A stretch of DNA of 64,000 bases, from NCBI GenBank assembly GCA_035273665.1, contig DATEOW010000006.1:60318-124317 (forward strand), written 5' to 3'. Below the pieces are notes generated by a model. It was not told where the DNA came from and did not search any database. It worked only from the letters and a program-made list of their open reading frames with translations. A program made the position numbers and the translations under genes. The stretch is from Burkholderiales bacterium. GTDB taxonomy: Bacteria; Pseudomonadota; Gammaproteobacteria; Burkholderiales; SG8-39. How positions within the stretch are numbered: the stretch's first letter is position 1; the number at the start of each line of letters is the position of its first letter. Shown one piece after another: positions 1 to 10,390 of the stretch.

Positions 1-595
1 GGCGATCGCCGAATTCCCTCAGTTCATCGTCCCCACTTTGGTCACACGACTCGCGTGGGAAGTGCAAGCTTTCATCGACGAACATCGCGACACGATATTG
101 AAACCTATGGACGGCATGGGCGGCGCGGGAATTTTTCGCGTCACACATAAGGATCCGAATCGCAACGTCATCGTCGAAACGCTTTGCCCCGATGGCAGCC
201 GCACCATCATGGCGCAACGCTACATTCCCGAGATAAGAGATGGTGATAAACGGGTACTGTTGATCGCCGGCAAACCGGTCCCCTATTCACTCGCGCGCAT
301 TCCGAAAGAAGGCGAGTCCCGCGGCAACCTTGCCGCAGGCGGGATTGGCGTCGCACGCCCTCTGACCGCGAGGGATAAAGAAATCGCCGCGGCGCTTGGA
401 CCGGTGCTTGCCGCGCGCGGTCTGTTGCTCGTGGGAATCGACATCATCGGCGACTATTTGACGGAAATTAATGTGACTAGCCCCACTTGCTTCCGCGAGA
501 TTGCGACGCAGACGGGCTTCAACGTGGCCGGTATGTTCATCGATGCGCTGGAAAGTTTCGTCAGCGGTGCCGCTGCTACACTTCGTCCATCATGA
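1..595 (+). CDS. gshB: glutathione synthetase, C-terminal part (5' end lies outside the window)
   Basis: The frame is open from the window edge (codons phased from nt 2). ATP-grasp motifs are present: [23 protein letters not shown] and [13 protein letters not shown]. Stop is TGA at 593-595. Confidence 0.9.
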   Translation, partial: AIAEFPQFIVPTLVTRLAWEVQAFIDEHRDTILKPMDGMGGAGIFRVTHKDPNRNVIVETLCPDGSRTIMAQRYIPEIRDGDKRVLLIAGKPVPYSLARIPKEGESRGNLAAGGIGVARPLTARDKEIAAALGPVLAARGLLLVGIDIIGDYLTEINVTSPTCFREIATQTGFNVAGMFIDALESFVSGAAATLRPS

Positions 596-1005
596 TCGGC
601 ATTTTGATCGTTAGTCACGGCGCCTTCGGCGAATCGCTCATTCATTGCGCCAGCCATGTGCTGGGCAAACGTCCTTTGCGTGTGCGGCAAGTAGGGGTCA
701 CGGTCCATGACGACCCAGACCTCATCTTTCCGGTTGCTCAAGAGCTCGTACGACAACTCGACGAAGGTCAGGGCGTATTGGTGATAACCGATATGCTCGG
801 CGCGACGCCATCGAATATCGCGTCGCGGCTTTACGTGCCGGGCCGAGTAGAAATCATTGCGGGGGCCAATCTACCCATGCTCGTCCGCGCGCTTACCTAC
901 CGGCATGAAAGCCTACCGGCGGTCATCGCCAAAGCGATCAGCGGCGGCCGCGACGGCGTCACCTATCTGAACGAGGGAAATATGCATGCCGCGACAGGAA
1001 GTTGA
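592..1005 (+). CDS. PTS EIIA component, mannose/fructose class (regulatory PTS)
   Basis: ATG at 592 overlaps the gshB stop (ATGA). The N-terminus [16 protein letters not shown] is typical of EIIA-Man. The longer 487 ORF is an upstream extension that overlaps gshB. Confidence 0.85.
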   Translation: MIGILIVSHGAFGESLIHCASHVLGKRPLRVRQVGVTVHDDPDLIFPVAQELVRQLDEGQGVLVITDMLGATPSNIASRLYVPGRVEIIAGANLPMLVRALTYRHESLPAVIAKAISGGRDGVTYLNEGNMHAATGS

Positions 1006-1255
1006 AATCGTCAACAAACTCGGCCTGCATGCGAGAGCTTCTGCAAAACTGACGCAAACCGCAGGCAAATTCGCGGCCGACATCTGGTTGTCGCGCAACG
1101 GTCGTCGAGTGAATGCGAAAAGCATCATGGGTGTCATGATGCTTGCCGCCGGCAAAGGCAGTCGCATTGAGATCGAAACGAGCGGGGAGGATGCCGGCGC
1201 AGCGATGGACGCGGTAGTGGCTCTAATCGGCGATCGTTTCGGAGAAGGTGAATAG
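986..1255 (+). CDS. ptsH: HPr-family phosphocarrier protein
   Basis: 89 aa with the active-site His motif NKLGLHARASAKL near residue 15. It sits between EIIA and EI. Confidence 0.9.
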   Translation: MPRQEVEIVNKLGLHARASAKLTQTAGKFAADIWLSRNGRRVNAKSIMGVMMLAAGKGSRIEIETSGEDAGAAMDAVVALIGDRFGEGE

Positions 1256-3035
1256 CGTGGGTAAACCCGAACTCGACGCGAAAGGCGTTTTGCTCGCCCC
1301 CTGCGGTGCAAGTTTCACCTTACACGGCGCCGGCGTCTCCGACGGCGTTGCGATCGGAACCGCGCATCTCATTACGACAGCACGGCTCGAAGCGCCGCAC
1401 TATGAAATAGACGCAGATCAGATCGAGGCGGAAATAGAACGCTTCGATGCCGCCGTTGCGACGGTGCGCGGGCAGATGGGCGCGCTGCAGGTGAGTATGC
1501 CCGCCAGTGCGCCCGCTGAGATGAGCGCATTTCTCGACCTGCATCTGATGATCCTCAAAGATTCCATGCTTGCGGAGGTCCCGCGCGACCTCATCAGGGT
1601 GCGCCGCTATAACGCCGAATGGGCCTTGGTGCAGCAGATGGAAACCCTCGTCCAGCGCTTCGACGAAATCGAAGACGCCTACTTGCGCGAACGCAAGGCC
1701 GATATCGAGCAAGTGGTCGAACGCGTTTTAAAAGTCTTGATGGGCAGCGCCAATCAACCGGCCGTTCCTTCTCACGAAGAGAACATCATCGTCGTGGCGC
1801 ACGATTTTTCCCCTGCGGACATGATCCTTTTCAAGCAGCATCAGTTCGCCGGCTTCGTCACCGATCTTGGCGGCGTCACGTCTCACACGGCAATTGTCGC
1901 GCGAAGTCTGAATCTGCCTGCGATTGTGGGTCTGCACCACGCGCGTCACATGATTCGCGAAGGCGAATTGCTCATCGTGGACGGCGCAGAAGGCGTTCTG
2001 ATCATCAACCCGGATCCGTTGGTGCTCAACGAGTATCGCTTGCGTCAAAGCGAATACGAGATTGAACGTCAAAAGCTCAAACGGCTTAAGAGCACGCCCG
2101 CTACTACCATCGAAGGCACGCCTATCGAGTTACAGGCCAATATCGAATTGCCGCAAGATGTGGACGAGGTGCTCGAAGCCGGAGCAACGGGAATCGGGCT
2201 TTATCGCAGTGAATTTCTTTTTCTCAATCGAGATACGCTGCCAAGCGAAGACGAGCAGTTCGAGGCCTATCGTTCCGTTGTGGAAGCGATGCAAGGCCGT
2301 CCCGTCACGATTCGCACACTCGATATCGGCGCGGACAAGGCGCTTGAAAGCCAAATCACGCCAGGTCCCAATCCAGCGCTCGGTTTGCGTGCCATTCGTT
2401 TCTGTCTGTCCGAGCCGCAGATGTTCATGACCCAGTTGCGCGCGCTTTACCGCGCTTCTCATTACGGCAAAGTGCGGTTGCTCATTCCGATGATTGCTCA
2501 TCTTCACGAGATCGATCAGACGCTCGGACTCATCCGTCGCGCACAACAAAGCCTGCGTGATAAAGGAATCCCCTTCGACGAAACCGTCCCCGTTGGCGGG
2601 ATGATTGAAGTCCCCGCAGCGGCCTTGGCCCTAGGCCAATTCGTCAAACGCCTGGACTTCCTCTCCATCGGCACGAATGACCTGATTCAGTACACGTTGG
2701 CAATCGATCGCACAGACGACGCCGTCGCGCATCTCTACGACCCGCTCCATCCGGCTGTGCTTTATCTGATCGGCCACACCATCCGTATCGCCAACCGCGC
2801 AGAAATCCCCGTGGCTGTGTGCGGTGAAATGGCGGGCCAGGTCGACCTCGCTCGGCTACTCCTGGGCTTGGGTCTGCGTCAATTCTCGATGCATCCGGCC
2901 CAGTTGCCGGCGGTCAAACAGCAGATTCTGCGATCGAGCATTTCCGAGGCCGAGGTCGTCGCCCAGCGTATTTTGCGTAGCGAAGACCCGGAGCGGGCCC
3001 GCATGCTGCTTGAGAGGCTGAACAATAGCCGTTGA
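1248..3035 (+). CDS. ptsI: phosphoenolpyruvate-protein phosphotransferase (PTS enzyme I)
   Basis: About 590 aa with the phospho-His region GGVTSHTAIVARSL and a PEP-utilising C-terminal TIM barrel (FLSIGTNDLIQYTLA, VCGEMAG). There is no N-terminal GAF domain, so this is EI rather than EI-Ntr. An alternative GTG start at 1257 has a better-spaced GGAGAAGG. Confidence 0.92.
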   Translation: MNSVGKPELDAKGVLLAPCGASFTLHGAGVSDGVAIGTAHLITTARLEAPHYEIDADQIEAEIERFDAAVATVRGQMGALQVSMPASAPAEMSAFLDLHLMILKDSMLAEVPRDLIRVRRYNAEWALVQQMETLVQRFDEIEDAYLRERKADIEQVVERVLKVLMGSANQPAVPSHEENIIVVAHDFSPADMILFKQHQFAGFVTDLGGVTSHTAIVARSLNLPAIVGLHHARHMIREGELLIVDGAEGVLIINPDPLVLNEYRLRQSEYEIERQKLKRLKSTPATTIEGTPIELQANIELPQDVDEVLEAGATGIGLYRSEFLFLNRDTLPSEDEQFEAYRSVVEAMQGRPVTIRTLDIGADKALESQITPGPNPALGLRAIRFCLSEPQMFMTQLRALYRASHYGKVRLLIPMIAHLHEIDQTLGLIRRAQQSLRDKGIPFDETVPVGGMIEVPAAALALGQFVKRLDFLSIGTNDLIQYTLAIDRTDDAVAHLYDPLHPAVLYLIGHTIRIANRAEIPVAVCGEMAGQVDLARLLLGLGLRQFSMHPAQLPAVKQQILRSSISEAEVVAQRILRSEDPERARMLLERLNNSR

Positions 3036-3101
3036 AACAACCGGCCGGGAACCCTTCCCGGCAAGACTTGCTCTCACAGACGTCTTTTCCAGGGACTAGC
3101 C

Positions 3102-3530
3102 ATGTTGCGTGAAATCTTAGGGGTAAGCCAGGACGAACCGCATATCGAGCGCCGCTGGTTTCATGACGAGTACTTCGACCTTTTTGTTCGCCAAGAAAGC
3201 AACGGCAGGCTTTGCTCCTTTGAGCTGTGCTATGGCTCACCGGGTAGCGAGAAGGCGCTCGTCTGGGAGGACGACGCCGGCTACTTCCATGACGGCGTGG
3301 AAGATAAGGATATAGACGGTGGCGGGGTACTGGGCTTTCCGCCAGAGTCGTATGGGGGAACCGACCCGATCGTTTCACGCTTTGATCTGGTCGCCAAATC
3401 CCTCCCAGACACTTTAAGAACCGCCGTGAGCGAGCGCGTGCATGAATATGCCTCGCATGCCGAGCTCACAGCCAGCCGGCGTAGGCAGTTCCGTCGCGCC
3501 GAGTGGCAACAGAAATCGGAAACGCGGTAG
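3102..3530 (+). CDS. hypothetical protein (142 aa, no recognisable domain)
   Basis: ATG is preceded by AGGGA with 6-nt spacing. The composition is plausible and acidic (WFHDEYFDLFV...). The opposite-strand ORF 2914-3378 looks like a shadow ORF. Confidence 0.55.
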   Translation: MLREILGVSQDEPHIERRWFHDEYFDLFVRQESNGRLCSFELCYGSPGSEKALVWEDDAGYFHDGVEDKDIDGGGVLGFPPESYGGTDPIVSRFDLVAKSLPDTLRTAVSERVHEYASHAELTASRRRQFRRAEWQQKSETR

Positions 3531-3591
3531 ACTCCGCGCTGTCACGCCGCTTCGCGAGCGGCGACGGTAGTCGAAGTATTTGAAGTGAAAT

Positions 3592-3641
3592 GCGCCGATT
3601 TGAGATCAGCTTGCGGGCGCTATATAAATACGGCTAAAGCG
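3592..3641 (+). promoter_or_regulatory. SAM-II-like riboswitch aptamer in the metX leader
   Basis: H-type pseudoknot layout. P1 is GCGCC (3592-3596) with GGCGC (3616-3620). The loop carries GAUUU and CAGCUUGC. The 3' tail GCUAAAGCG (3633-3641) can pair AAGC with GCUU. The GAUUU / GCUUG / GCUAAAG elements match my memory of the SAM-II (metA/metX) consensus. It lies directly upstream of metX. Confidence 0.55.
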
Positions 3642-3645
3642 AGGG

Positions 3646-3686
3646 AAACCCGTTTAGCCGCGCAAGCTGCAACGGGTTTTTGTTTT
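3646..3686 (+). terminator. intrinsic terminator in the metX leader (expression platform)
   Basis: Perfect 9-bp stem AAACCCGTT (3646-3654) with AACGGGTTT (3671-3679), followed by TTTTGTTTT. It lies between the aptamer and the GGAG + ATG (3705) of metX. Confidence 0.7.
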
Positions 3687-3704
3687 GGAGCCTTCGCCGC
3701 ATCA

Positions 3705-4844
3705 ATGAATAGCCCTCGTTCTGTCGGTGCAGTGGTCGCGAACCGCGTCCATTTCGACCAACCATTACAACTCAAAAGCGGTGCCAACATCGCGCAATAC
3801 GATCTGGCTTACGAGACCTACGGAAGCCTCAATGCGAACGCCTCCAATGCCGTTCTCGTGTGTCACGCCCTCAATGCCTCTCATCACGTCGCGGGTTTCT
3901 ATGTCGACGCTCCACATAACGTCGGCTGGTGGGACAACCTAATCGGCCCCGGCAAGCCGCTCGATACCGATCGTTTCTTCGTCGTTGGCGTAAACAATTT
4001 GGGCGGCTGTTTCGGGTCCACCGGCCCGGCCAGCATCAACCCCACGACCGGAAAAGCGTATGGCTCTACTTTTCCGGTCGTGACGGTCGAAGACTGGGTA
4101 CAGGCGCAATCGCTACTTGCCGATCGACTCGGCATTCAGCGGTTTGCTGCGGTCATCGGCGGTAGTCTCGGCGGCATGCAGGCTTTGCAATGGACAATCT
4201 CTTTCCCCGACCGCGTCGCGCACTCCTTGGTGATTGCGGCGGCACCGAAGCTATCCGCGCAAAATATCGCGTTTAATGAAGTCGCACGGCAGGCAATCAC
4301 AACCGATCCGGATTTCCATGGCGGCAATTTCTATGAACACGGCAGCTTGCCAAAGCGCGGCCTGAGGATCGCCCGCATGATCGGCCACATTACGTATTTG
4401 TCGGACGATGCGATGATGGAGAAATTCGGCCGCATGTTGCGTGCGGACAAGCTGGGCTTTCACTTCGACGTCGATTTCGAGATCGAGTCTTACCTACGCC
4501 ATCAGGCCGATAAATTCAGCTCCTATTTCGACGCGAACACATATCTGTTGATCACGCGCGCGCTCGACTATTTCGATCCGGCGCAAGGATTCAAGGGAAG
4601 TTTATCGGCGGCCATGGCAGCGGCGCGCGCGCGCTTCCTCGTCGTGTCTTTCTCATCGGATTGGCGTTTTAGTCCTGCACGGTCACGTGAGATCGTCAAA
4701 GCATTACTCGATAACCGGCGCGACGTAAGCTACGCCGAAATCGACGCGCCCCATGGTCATGACGCTTTCCTGATGGACGACCCGCGCTACCACGCGCTGT
4801 TGCGTAACTATTTCGCCCAGATTGCCCAAAAGGTGGGCGCATGA
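3705..4844 (+). CDS. metX: homoserine O-acyltransferase MetX (acetyl- or succinyl-transferase)
   Basis: Alpha/beta-hydrolase MetX motifs: [26 protein letters not shown] and HGHDAFL. Start is taken at ATG 3705, because the 3585 ORF start lies inside the leader RNA. The stop overlaps the metW start. Confidence 0.93.
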   Translation: MNSPRSVGAVVANRVHFDQPLQLKSGANIAQYDLAYETYGSLNANASNAVLVCHALNASHHVAGFYVDAPHNVGWWDNLIGPGKPLDTDRFFVVGVNNLGGCFGSTGPASINPTTGKAYGSTFPVVTVEDWVQAQSLLADRLGIQRFAAVIGGSLGGMQALQWTISFPDRVAHSLVIAAAPKLSAQNIAFNEVARQAITTDPDFHGGNFYEHGSLPKRGLRIARMIGHITYLSDDAMMEKFGRMLRADKLGFHFDVDFEIESYLRHQADKFSSYFDANTYLLITRALDYFDPAQGFKGSLSAAMAAARARFLVVSFSSDWRFSPARSREIVKALLDNRRDVSYAEIDAPHGHDAFLMDDPRYHALLRNYFAQIAQKVGA

Positions 4845-5443
4845 ACACGGAGAACTTCGCGACACGTGCCGACTATCGGGCGATCGCCGATTGGATCAAA
4901 CCCAACACCGGCGTGCTCGATTTAGGCTGCGGAGATGGAACATTGTTGCGCTATCTGAGCGAGACTCGTTCAGTGCGTGGCTACGGTGTGGAAATCAGCG
5001 ATGCGAACGTGTTGGCTTGCGTAACCAACGGCGTCAGCGTCATTCAAGGCGATTTGGAACGCGGACTCTCCGGCTTCGATGCGGGGTCCTTCGATTACGT
5101 CATTCTGTCGCAAACCCTGCAAGCGATGCGGCATACCGAGAACATCTTGATGGAAATGCTGCGGGTTGGCCGCGAAGCCATCGTCACCTTCCCCAACTTC
5201 GGTTACTGGCGTGCTCGCTGGCAATTGACCTTCGGCGGCCATATGCCGATTTCGCCGGACCTGCCCTACGAGTGGTACAACACGCCCAATGTTCACTTAT
5301 GTACCTTGAAGGATTTCGAGGCTTTCTGTGTGAAGCACGATGTTCGCATTCTGCAACGGTTGGTACTGACCGATCACCGCAAGGTGAAAGTTCTACCGAA
5401 CCTGTTAGGCAGTCTGGCCGTATACCGCTGTACGCGAGCCTAG
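4841..5443 (+). CDS. metW: methionine biosynthesis protein MetW
   Basis: 200 aa with a methyltransferase-like fold motif ([12 protein letters not shown]). It is immediately coupled to metX (ATGA overlap), the classic metXW pair. Confidence 0.9.
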   Translation: MNTENFATRADYRAIADWIKPNTGVLDLGCGDGTLLRYLSETRSVRGYGVEISDANVLACVTNGVSVIQGDLERGLSGFDAGSFDYVILSQTLQAMRHTENILMEMLRVGREAIVTFPNFGYWRARWQLTFGGHMPISPDLPYEWYNTPNVHLCTLKDFEAFCVKHDVRILQRLVLTDHRKVKVLPNLLGSLAVYRCTRA

Positions 5444-6762
5444 ACCTCACCGTTCTTACCGGCAGAGCCGATGGAAAGGTCAGCGAGCCCCGACCGCATC
5501 ATCAGCCAGAAGAGAATCACTCCGGGTAGCGCGACGAGCGTGGTAAGCAGATAGAAGTTTACATAACCAATCGACTCGATCATCGCGCCGACCGTCGTTC
5601 CGGTAATCACCCGACCCGCGATGCTCGCCAAAGCCGAGAGCAAGGCGTACTGACTCGCCGTAAAACGGAGATTGCACAAGGCTGAAAGATAGGCAACTAC
5701 CGTCACGCCCCCAATACCGCTGGCGAAGTTCTCGAAGCCGATCGCTGCCGCCATTCCGAGGTTGCTATGGCCGACCATCGCCAACGCCGCGAAACTGAGA
5801 TTCGACAAAGCCATGAGCACCAAGCTCACGAGCACGGAGCGCTTCATGCCGAACCGGTTGTAAAGAATCCCTCCGACGAAGACACCGATAAGCAAGGCAA
5901 TGAAGCCGATGCCGACGTCGTAAAAAGCCACCTCGTCATTGCTGAAACCAAGATCCTGAAAGAGCAAGCGCAGGGTGAGGTTGGCAAGCGTGTCCCCGAT
6001 TTTATGAATCAGGATGAAGAGCAGCACCACTAGTGCGCCTTGCCTCTTAATAAATTCCATCAAGGGGCTGATGTACTCGATCAGCGCCTCTTTCAAACTG
6101 CGAGCCTTTGCCGGCTCCCGGTGCCGCTTCGGTTCCCCCATGACTACTCCGACCAGCATTGCGGGAACGGCGAATGCGGCGCACGCGATGTACGCGGCAG
6201 TCCACCCAAAACGGTGCGCGAGAACCAAGGCTAAGGCACCGGCTCCCGCAGCGCCGATCCGCCACCCGTATTGCGACATGCCGGAACCCACCCCAAGCTG
6301 ACGCGGCTCAAGCAACTCGATGCGATACGCATCAATAATGATGTCGAATGTGGCGCCGGCAATCCCGACCGTGATCGCCGCAATGGCAACGATGTAAAGC
6401 GCTTCCTGCGGGTCGGCGACGCCGAGAAATGCGACGGCCGCCATCACCATTGCCCCAGCTAGCCATAGCCAACTGCGTCGCTGGCCAAATCGGCCAATGA
6501 GCGGCAGGCGCAGGTTGTCCACCATCGGGGCCCAGAGAAATTTAAAGTTGTAAGCAAGAAAGGTGAGCGCAAACGCGGTGACCGCGCTTTTTGTGACGCC
6601 GTATTGCGCGAGGCGTGTTGTTAAGGTCGCGCCGATCATTGCAAAAGCGAATCCGGAGGAAACGCCTAAGCACAAAGCCGCGACCGGCGCCGATTCGAAA
6701 TACGGGCGCACGCCCTCGGGTAAAGCGTCGCGCCAGCCCCGGCCGTTTTTATTGTTAGTCAT
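5440..6762 (-). CDS. ampG: AmpG-family muropeptide MFS transporter
   Basis: Multi-pass MFS with an AmpG-like N-terminus (ALCLGVSSGFAFAMIGATLTTRL...). Start is taken at ATG 6762 (MTNNKNGRGW). The longer ORF to 6921 runs into xthA. Confidence 0.85.
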   Translation of the reverse strand: MTNNKNGRGWRDALPEGVRPYFESAPVAALCLGVSSGFAFAMIGATLTTRLAQYGVTKSAVTAFALTFLAYNFKFLWAPMVDNLRLPLIGRFGQRRSWLWLAGAMVMAAVAFLGVADPQEALYIVAIAAITVGIAGATFDIIIDAYRIELLEPRQLGVGSGMSQYGWRIGAAGAGALALVLAHRFGWTAAYIACAAFAVPAMLVGVVMGEPKRHREPAKARSLKEALIEYISPLMEFIKRQGALVVLLFILIHKIGDTLANLTLRLLFQDLGFSNDEVAFYDVGIGFIALLIGVFVGGILYNRFGMKRSVLVSLVLMALSNLSFAALAMVGHSNLGMAAAIGFENFASGIGGVTVVAYLSALCNLRFTASQYALLSALASIAGRVITGTTVGAMIESIGYVNFYLLTTLVALPGVILFWLMMRSGLADLSIGSAGKNGEV

Positions 6763-6794
6763 TCGTTGGCATCTGATTCGGGTGGTACCTTCGC

Positions 6795-7577
6795 TCAAAT
6801 CGCATAGTCGTAGTCGATGGTTAAGGGCGCATGATCGGAGAACCATTGATCCTTGTAAACGCTTGCGTGGAGCGCCTTGGCGGCGATGCCGGGCGTCGCG
6901 ATTTGATAGTCGATACGCCATCCTACGTTTTTAGCGCGCGCTTGCCCTCGATTGGACCACCACGTGTAGCAAGCGTCGGTGGCATCCGGATGCAAACGTC
7001 GATAAACGTCGACCCAACCGTGTTCGTCGAAGACGCGCGATAACCAAGCGCGCTCTTCAGGCAAAAAACCGGAGTTTTTCTGGTTCGATTTCCAGTTCCT
7101 CAGATCGATTTCCTTATGCGCAATGTTCCAGTCGCCGCACAAGATGAACTCTCGTCCGCTTCGAACTAACCGTTCCAAATGCGGCAGAAACTCATCGAGG
7201 AAGCGGAACTTGGCCAGCTGCCTTTCTTCCGACGACGAACCCGACGGCAAATACAGGGAAATGATGGATAACTCGCCGTAATCAGCCTGCAGAAAACGGC
7301 CTTCCGGGTCGAACTCCATGCTGCCGTAACCTGAAACCAGGCGGTCCGGTTCTCGTTTGCAGTACAGTCCTACGCCGGCGTAGCCCTTACGCTCGGCACA
7401 ACAAAAGTGACCGATTAATCCAGGCGGTCTCAGAATGGCATCGGACAGATCGCTTTCCTGCGCCCGAACCTCTTGTAAGGCAACGCAATCTGCGTTCTGA
7501 GTACTCAACCATTCCAACACGCCTTTGTTGGCCGCGGAACGAATGCCGTTGAGATTCAAGGTGATGACGCGTAACAT
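6795..7577 (-). CDS. xthA: exodeoxyribonuclease III
   Basis: 260 aa with the EEP nuclease motifs [19 protein letters not shown] and SDHAPL. Confidence 0.92.
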   Translation of the reverse strand: MLRVITLNLNGIRSAANKGVLEWLSTQNADCVALQEVRAQESDLSDAILRPPGLIGHFCCAERKGYAGVGLYCKREPDRLVSGYGSMEFDPEGRFLQADYGELSIISLYLPSGSSSEERQLAKFRFLDEFLPHLERLVRSGREFILCGDWNIAHKEIDLRNWKSNQKNSGFLPEERAWLSRVFDEHGWVDVYRRLHPDATDACYTWWSNRGQARAKNVGWRIDYQIATPGIAAKALHASVYKDQWFSDHAPLTIDYDYAI

Positions 7578-7594
7578 TTTCGCTTGCCTGCGCT

Positions 7595-8260
7595 ATGAAA
7601 GGTGCTTGTGTGACTGATTTCCGCCGAGAGTTCATTCGCTTTTGTATCGAATGCGGAGTAATGCGTTTCGGCAGTTTCGTGACCAAATCCGGCAGGACCA
7701 CGCCGTATTTCTTCAACGCCGGATTATTCAATACCGGCGCCAGATTGGATCAGCTTGCGCAATTTTACGCAAAGGCAATCCTCAATTCCGAAGTACGCTT
7801 CGATATGTTATTCGGGCCGGCTTACAAAGGCATCCCCCTGGCAGCCGCTACGGCGGTGGCTTTGGCCAGATCGGATAGGGATGTGCCTTTCGCCTTTAAC
7901 CGTAAGGAAGCGAAGGACCATGGCGAAGGCGGGAACATCATCGGTGCGCCGCTCGAGGGCAGAGTGCTCGTGATTGACGACGTCATGACGGCTGGAACGG
8001 CGGTGCGCGACACGATGAAAATACTCGACGCTCACAATGCGAAGCTTGCCGGCGTGGCAATCTCTTTAGACAGAATGGAGCGCGGTACCGGCGATCAATC
8101 CGCGGTGCAAGAAGTGCGATCGCAATTCGACGTGCCGGTGATCACGATCGCCTCCGTCGACGATCTGCTCAGCTACATAAGGGGCGAGCCGAAGCTTGCT
8201 CATCATTTGAATGATATAGAGGCGTATCGACGTCAATATGGCGTTGAAGATCATGCGTAG
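7595..8260 (+). CDS. pyrE: orotate phosphoribosyltransferase
   Basis: Motifs [19 protein letters not shown] and the PRPP loop [13 protein letters not shown]. An alternative GTG start at 7610 has a better SD (AAAGG). Confidence 0.93.
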   Translation: MKGACVTDFRREFIRFCIECGVMRFGSFVTKSGRTTPYFFNAGLFNTGARLDQLAQFYAKAILNSEVRFDMLFGPAYKGIPLAAATAVALARSDRDVPFAFNRKEAKDHGEGGNIIGAPLEGRVLVIDDVMTAGTAVRDTMKILDAHNAKLAGVAISLDRMERGTGDQSAVQEVRSQFDVPVITIASVDDLLSYIRGEPKLAHHLNDIEAYRRQYGVEDHA

Positions 8261-8945
8261 AGCGACTATTTCTTTGGCGGTTATCGGCCTTCTGTGCGCG
8301 TACGGTCCCGTTCATGCGCAAAGCAAAGGCTCGTCATCGCCAACCACTCAGAAGCTATATAAGTGGGTGGACGATCAGGGGAAAGTACATTACACGGAAC
8401 GACTGCCGCCAGAAGCGACCGGCAAAGCCACCGCCCAAATGAATCGCCAGGGGACGGTGGTCAAAGAGATGGATCGAGCGCTCACTAAAGAAGAGCAACT
8501 CGCGAAGCAGGAAGCCGAACGCAAGCGGGAAGAAGACGCCAAACGCGCGACCGAAGAAAGGCGAATGAACGAGGCGATACTCAGCTCGTACAGCAGCGAG
8601 AAAGATATCGATATGGCGCGCGAGCGCGCCATGCAATCGAATGCTGACGCGATCAAAAGCGCGATGCATAACGTGGAAACCGCGAAGAAATTACAGGCGG
8701 AACTGAAACAGAAGACCGCCCCATTCAAGGACAAGTCGCTACCGCTAAAATTGCAACGGGATATCGAATCGAACGAAGTCGATCTGCGCAACCAGCAGCA
8801 ATTGCTGGATTCAAAAACGCTTGAAGCGGCGAAGATCAACGCCCGCTACGACGAAGACAAACGCCGCTACATTGCGCTAACAAGAGGCGGCCCCGTCTCG
8901 GCTGCTCCACCCACATCAACACCGGCGCCAACCGCCACGCGTTAA
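8238..8945 (+). CDS. DUF4124 domain-containing secreted protein with a charged coiled-coil region
   Basis: A signal peptide ([18 protein letters not shown]) is followed by [18 protein letters not shown], the DUF4124 signature as I recall it. A K/E-rich helix follows. Confidence 0.7.
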   Translation: MALKIMRRATISLAVIGLLCAYGPVHAQSKGSSSPTTQKLYKWVDDQGKVHYTERLPPEATGKATAQMNRQGTVVKEMDRALTKEEQLAKQEAERKREEDAKRATEERRMNEAILSSYSSEKDIDMARERAMQSNADAIKSAMHNVETAKKLQAELKQKTAPFKDKSLPLKLQRDIESNEVDLRNQQQLLDSKTLEAAKINARYDEDKRRYIALTRGGPVSAAPPTSTPAPTATR

Positions 8946-10390
8946 GAAAGCTTCTTCTTGAGCAGTTCGGTCAGTTGCGCCGGATTCCCTTTGCCTTTCG
9001 TCGCTTTCATCGCTTGACCGACCAGCGCATTGAAGGCCTTCTCCTTGCCGGCACGAAATTCTTCTACCGATTTCTGATTCGCTGCGAGCACTTGCTCGAC
9101 TATCGCTTCGAGCGCTGCGCCGTCGGTAATCTGCTTCAGGCCTTTGCGTTCGATAATCTCGTCAGCATTTTTGCCTTCGCCGGCCCAAAGCGCGTCGAAA
9201 ACTTCTTTGGCAATCTTTCCGGAAATCGTGTTGTCCAGGATGCGGGACAACAGTCCTGCCATCTGGGCGCTGTTGACGGGCGCATCGACAATGTTCAAAT
9301 CATTTCTGTTGAGTGCCGCGCTGAATTCGCCCATCAGCCAATTTGCTGCAAGCTTGGCAGCATCGTTTCCGCCAAGCGCTTGCAGGACATCTTCAAAGTA
9401 GTTGGCCATGTCCAAGGACGCGCCCAGCGTCTGCGCATCATAAGGCGATAGGCCCATATCGGCCTGATATCGCGCTTGCTTCGCCGCCGGTAACTCGGGC
9501 AATGCAGCACGTACACGTTCGATCCACTCTTCGCTTATTGAAAGCGGCAGCAAATCCGGATCAGGAAAATAACGGTAGTCATGCGCGTCTTCCTTCGACC
9601 GCATCATGCGGGTTTCCCCTCGTTCCGGATCGAAGAGAACGGTTGCTTGGTGGATCTTGCCGCCGTCTTCAAGCGTATGAATTTGCCAGGACGCCTCGTA
9701 CTCGATGGCTTGTTGCAAAAAGCGAAAGGAATTGAGGTTCTTGATCTCGCGACGGGTGCCGAATTCTTTGTCGCCTACACGCCGCACAGAAACATTGGCG
9801 TCACAGCGAAACGACCCTTCTTGCATATTCCCGTCGCAAATGCCGATCCACTGTACTAGCGCATGCAAGGCCTTCGCATAGGCGACCGCTTCCTCGGCAG
9901 ATCGCATATCCGGTTCCGAAACGATTTCGAGCAGTGGCGTACCGGCACGATTGAGATCGATGCCGCTTGCATCGATGAAATCCTCGTGCAGCGATTTCCC
10001 CGCATCTTCTTCAAGATGCGCGCGCGTGAGGCGAATCGTTTTCTCGCCTTGAGTGCTGAAAATTTTCATCGAACCGCCCTCGACAATGGGCAGTTCGTAC
10101 TGGCTGATTTGATAACCCTTCGGCAAATCCGGGTAGAAGTAATTCTTGCGCGCGAATATCGATTTACGATTGATTTTTGCGCCGATCGCGAGGCCGAAAC
10201 GAATCGCCCGCTCGACGGCTCCTTTGTTCAATACAGGCAACACGCCGGGTAGCGCGATGTCGACCGCAGAAGCTTGGACGTTCGGCGCCGCGCCGAAATC
10301 CGTGGACGAACCCGAGAATATTTTCGAACGGGTTGAAAGTTGCGCATGTGTTTCCAAGCCAATGACGATCTCCCAGGCAGCCATGCTCAT
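8942..10390 (-). CDS. gatB: Asp-tRNA(Asn)/Glu-tRNA(Gln) amidotransferase subunit B
   Basis: Motifs [13 protein letters not shown] and DANVSVR, plus a C-terminal YqeY-like tail. Start is taken at 10390, which overlaps the gatA stop (ATGA). ATG 10384 is an alternative. Confidence 0.93.
   Translation of the reverse strand: MSMAAWEIVIGLETHAQLSTRSKIFSGSSTDFGAAPNVQASAVDIALPGVLPVLNKGAVERAIRFGLAIGAKINRKSIFARKNYFYPDLPKGYQISQYELPIVEGGSMKIFSTQGEKTIRLTRAHLEEDAGKSLHEDFIDASGIDLNRAGTPLLEIVSEPDMRSAEEAVAYAKALHALVQWIGICDGNMQEGSFRCDANVSVRRVGDKEFGTRREIKNLNSFRFLQQAIEYEASWQIHTLEDGGKIHQATVLFDPERGETRMMRSKEDAHDYRYFPDPDLLPLSISEEWIERVRAALPELPAAKQARYQADMGLSPYDAQTLGASLDMANYFEDVLQALGGNDAAKLAANWLMGEFSAALNRNDLNIVDAPVNSAQMAGLLSRILDNTISGKIAKEVFDALWAGEGKNADEIIERKGLKQITDGAALEAIVEQVLAANQKSVEEFRAGKEKAFNALVGQAMKATKGKGNPAQLTELLKKKLS

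Noticed and set aside
3044-3062. The hairpin GCCGGGAA-CCC-TTCCCGGC lies just after the ptsI stop and could be a terminator.
   Set aside because: The stem is real, but no U-tract follows it (AAGACTTGC). I therefore do not call it an intrinsic terminator. It may still stabilise the 3' end.
3585-3704. ORF-track 5' extensions that would lengthen known genes: metX from 3585, ubiE from 34139, the THUMP methyltransferase from 43806, ruvX to 54051, ampG to 6921, pilT to 48322, mreB from 12198 and DUF971 from 33832.
   Set aside because: In each case the extension overlaps a neighbouring gene or a regulatory RNA and lacks homology to the family N-terminus. An internal ATG or GTG aligns with the conserved N-terminus, often with an SD or an ATGA coupling.
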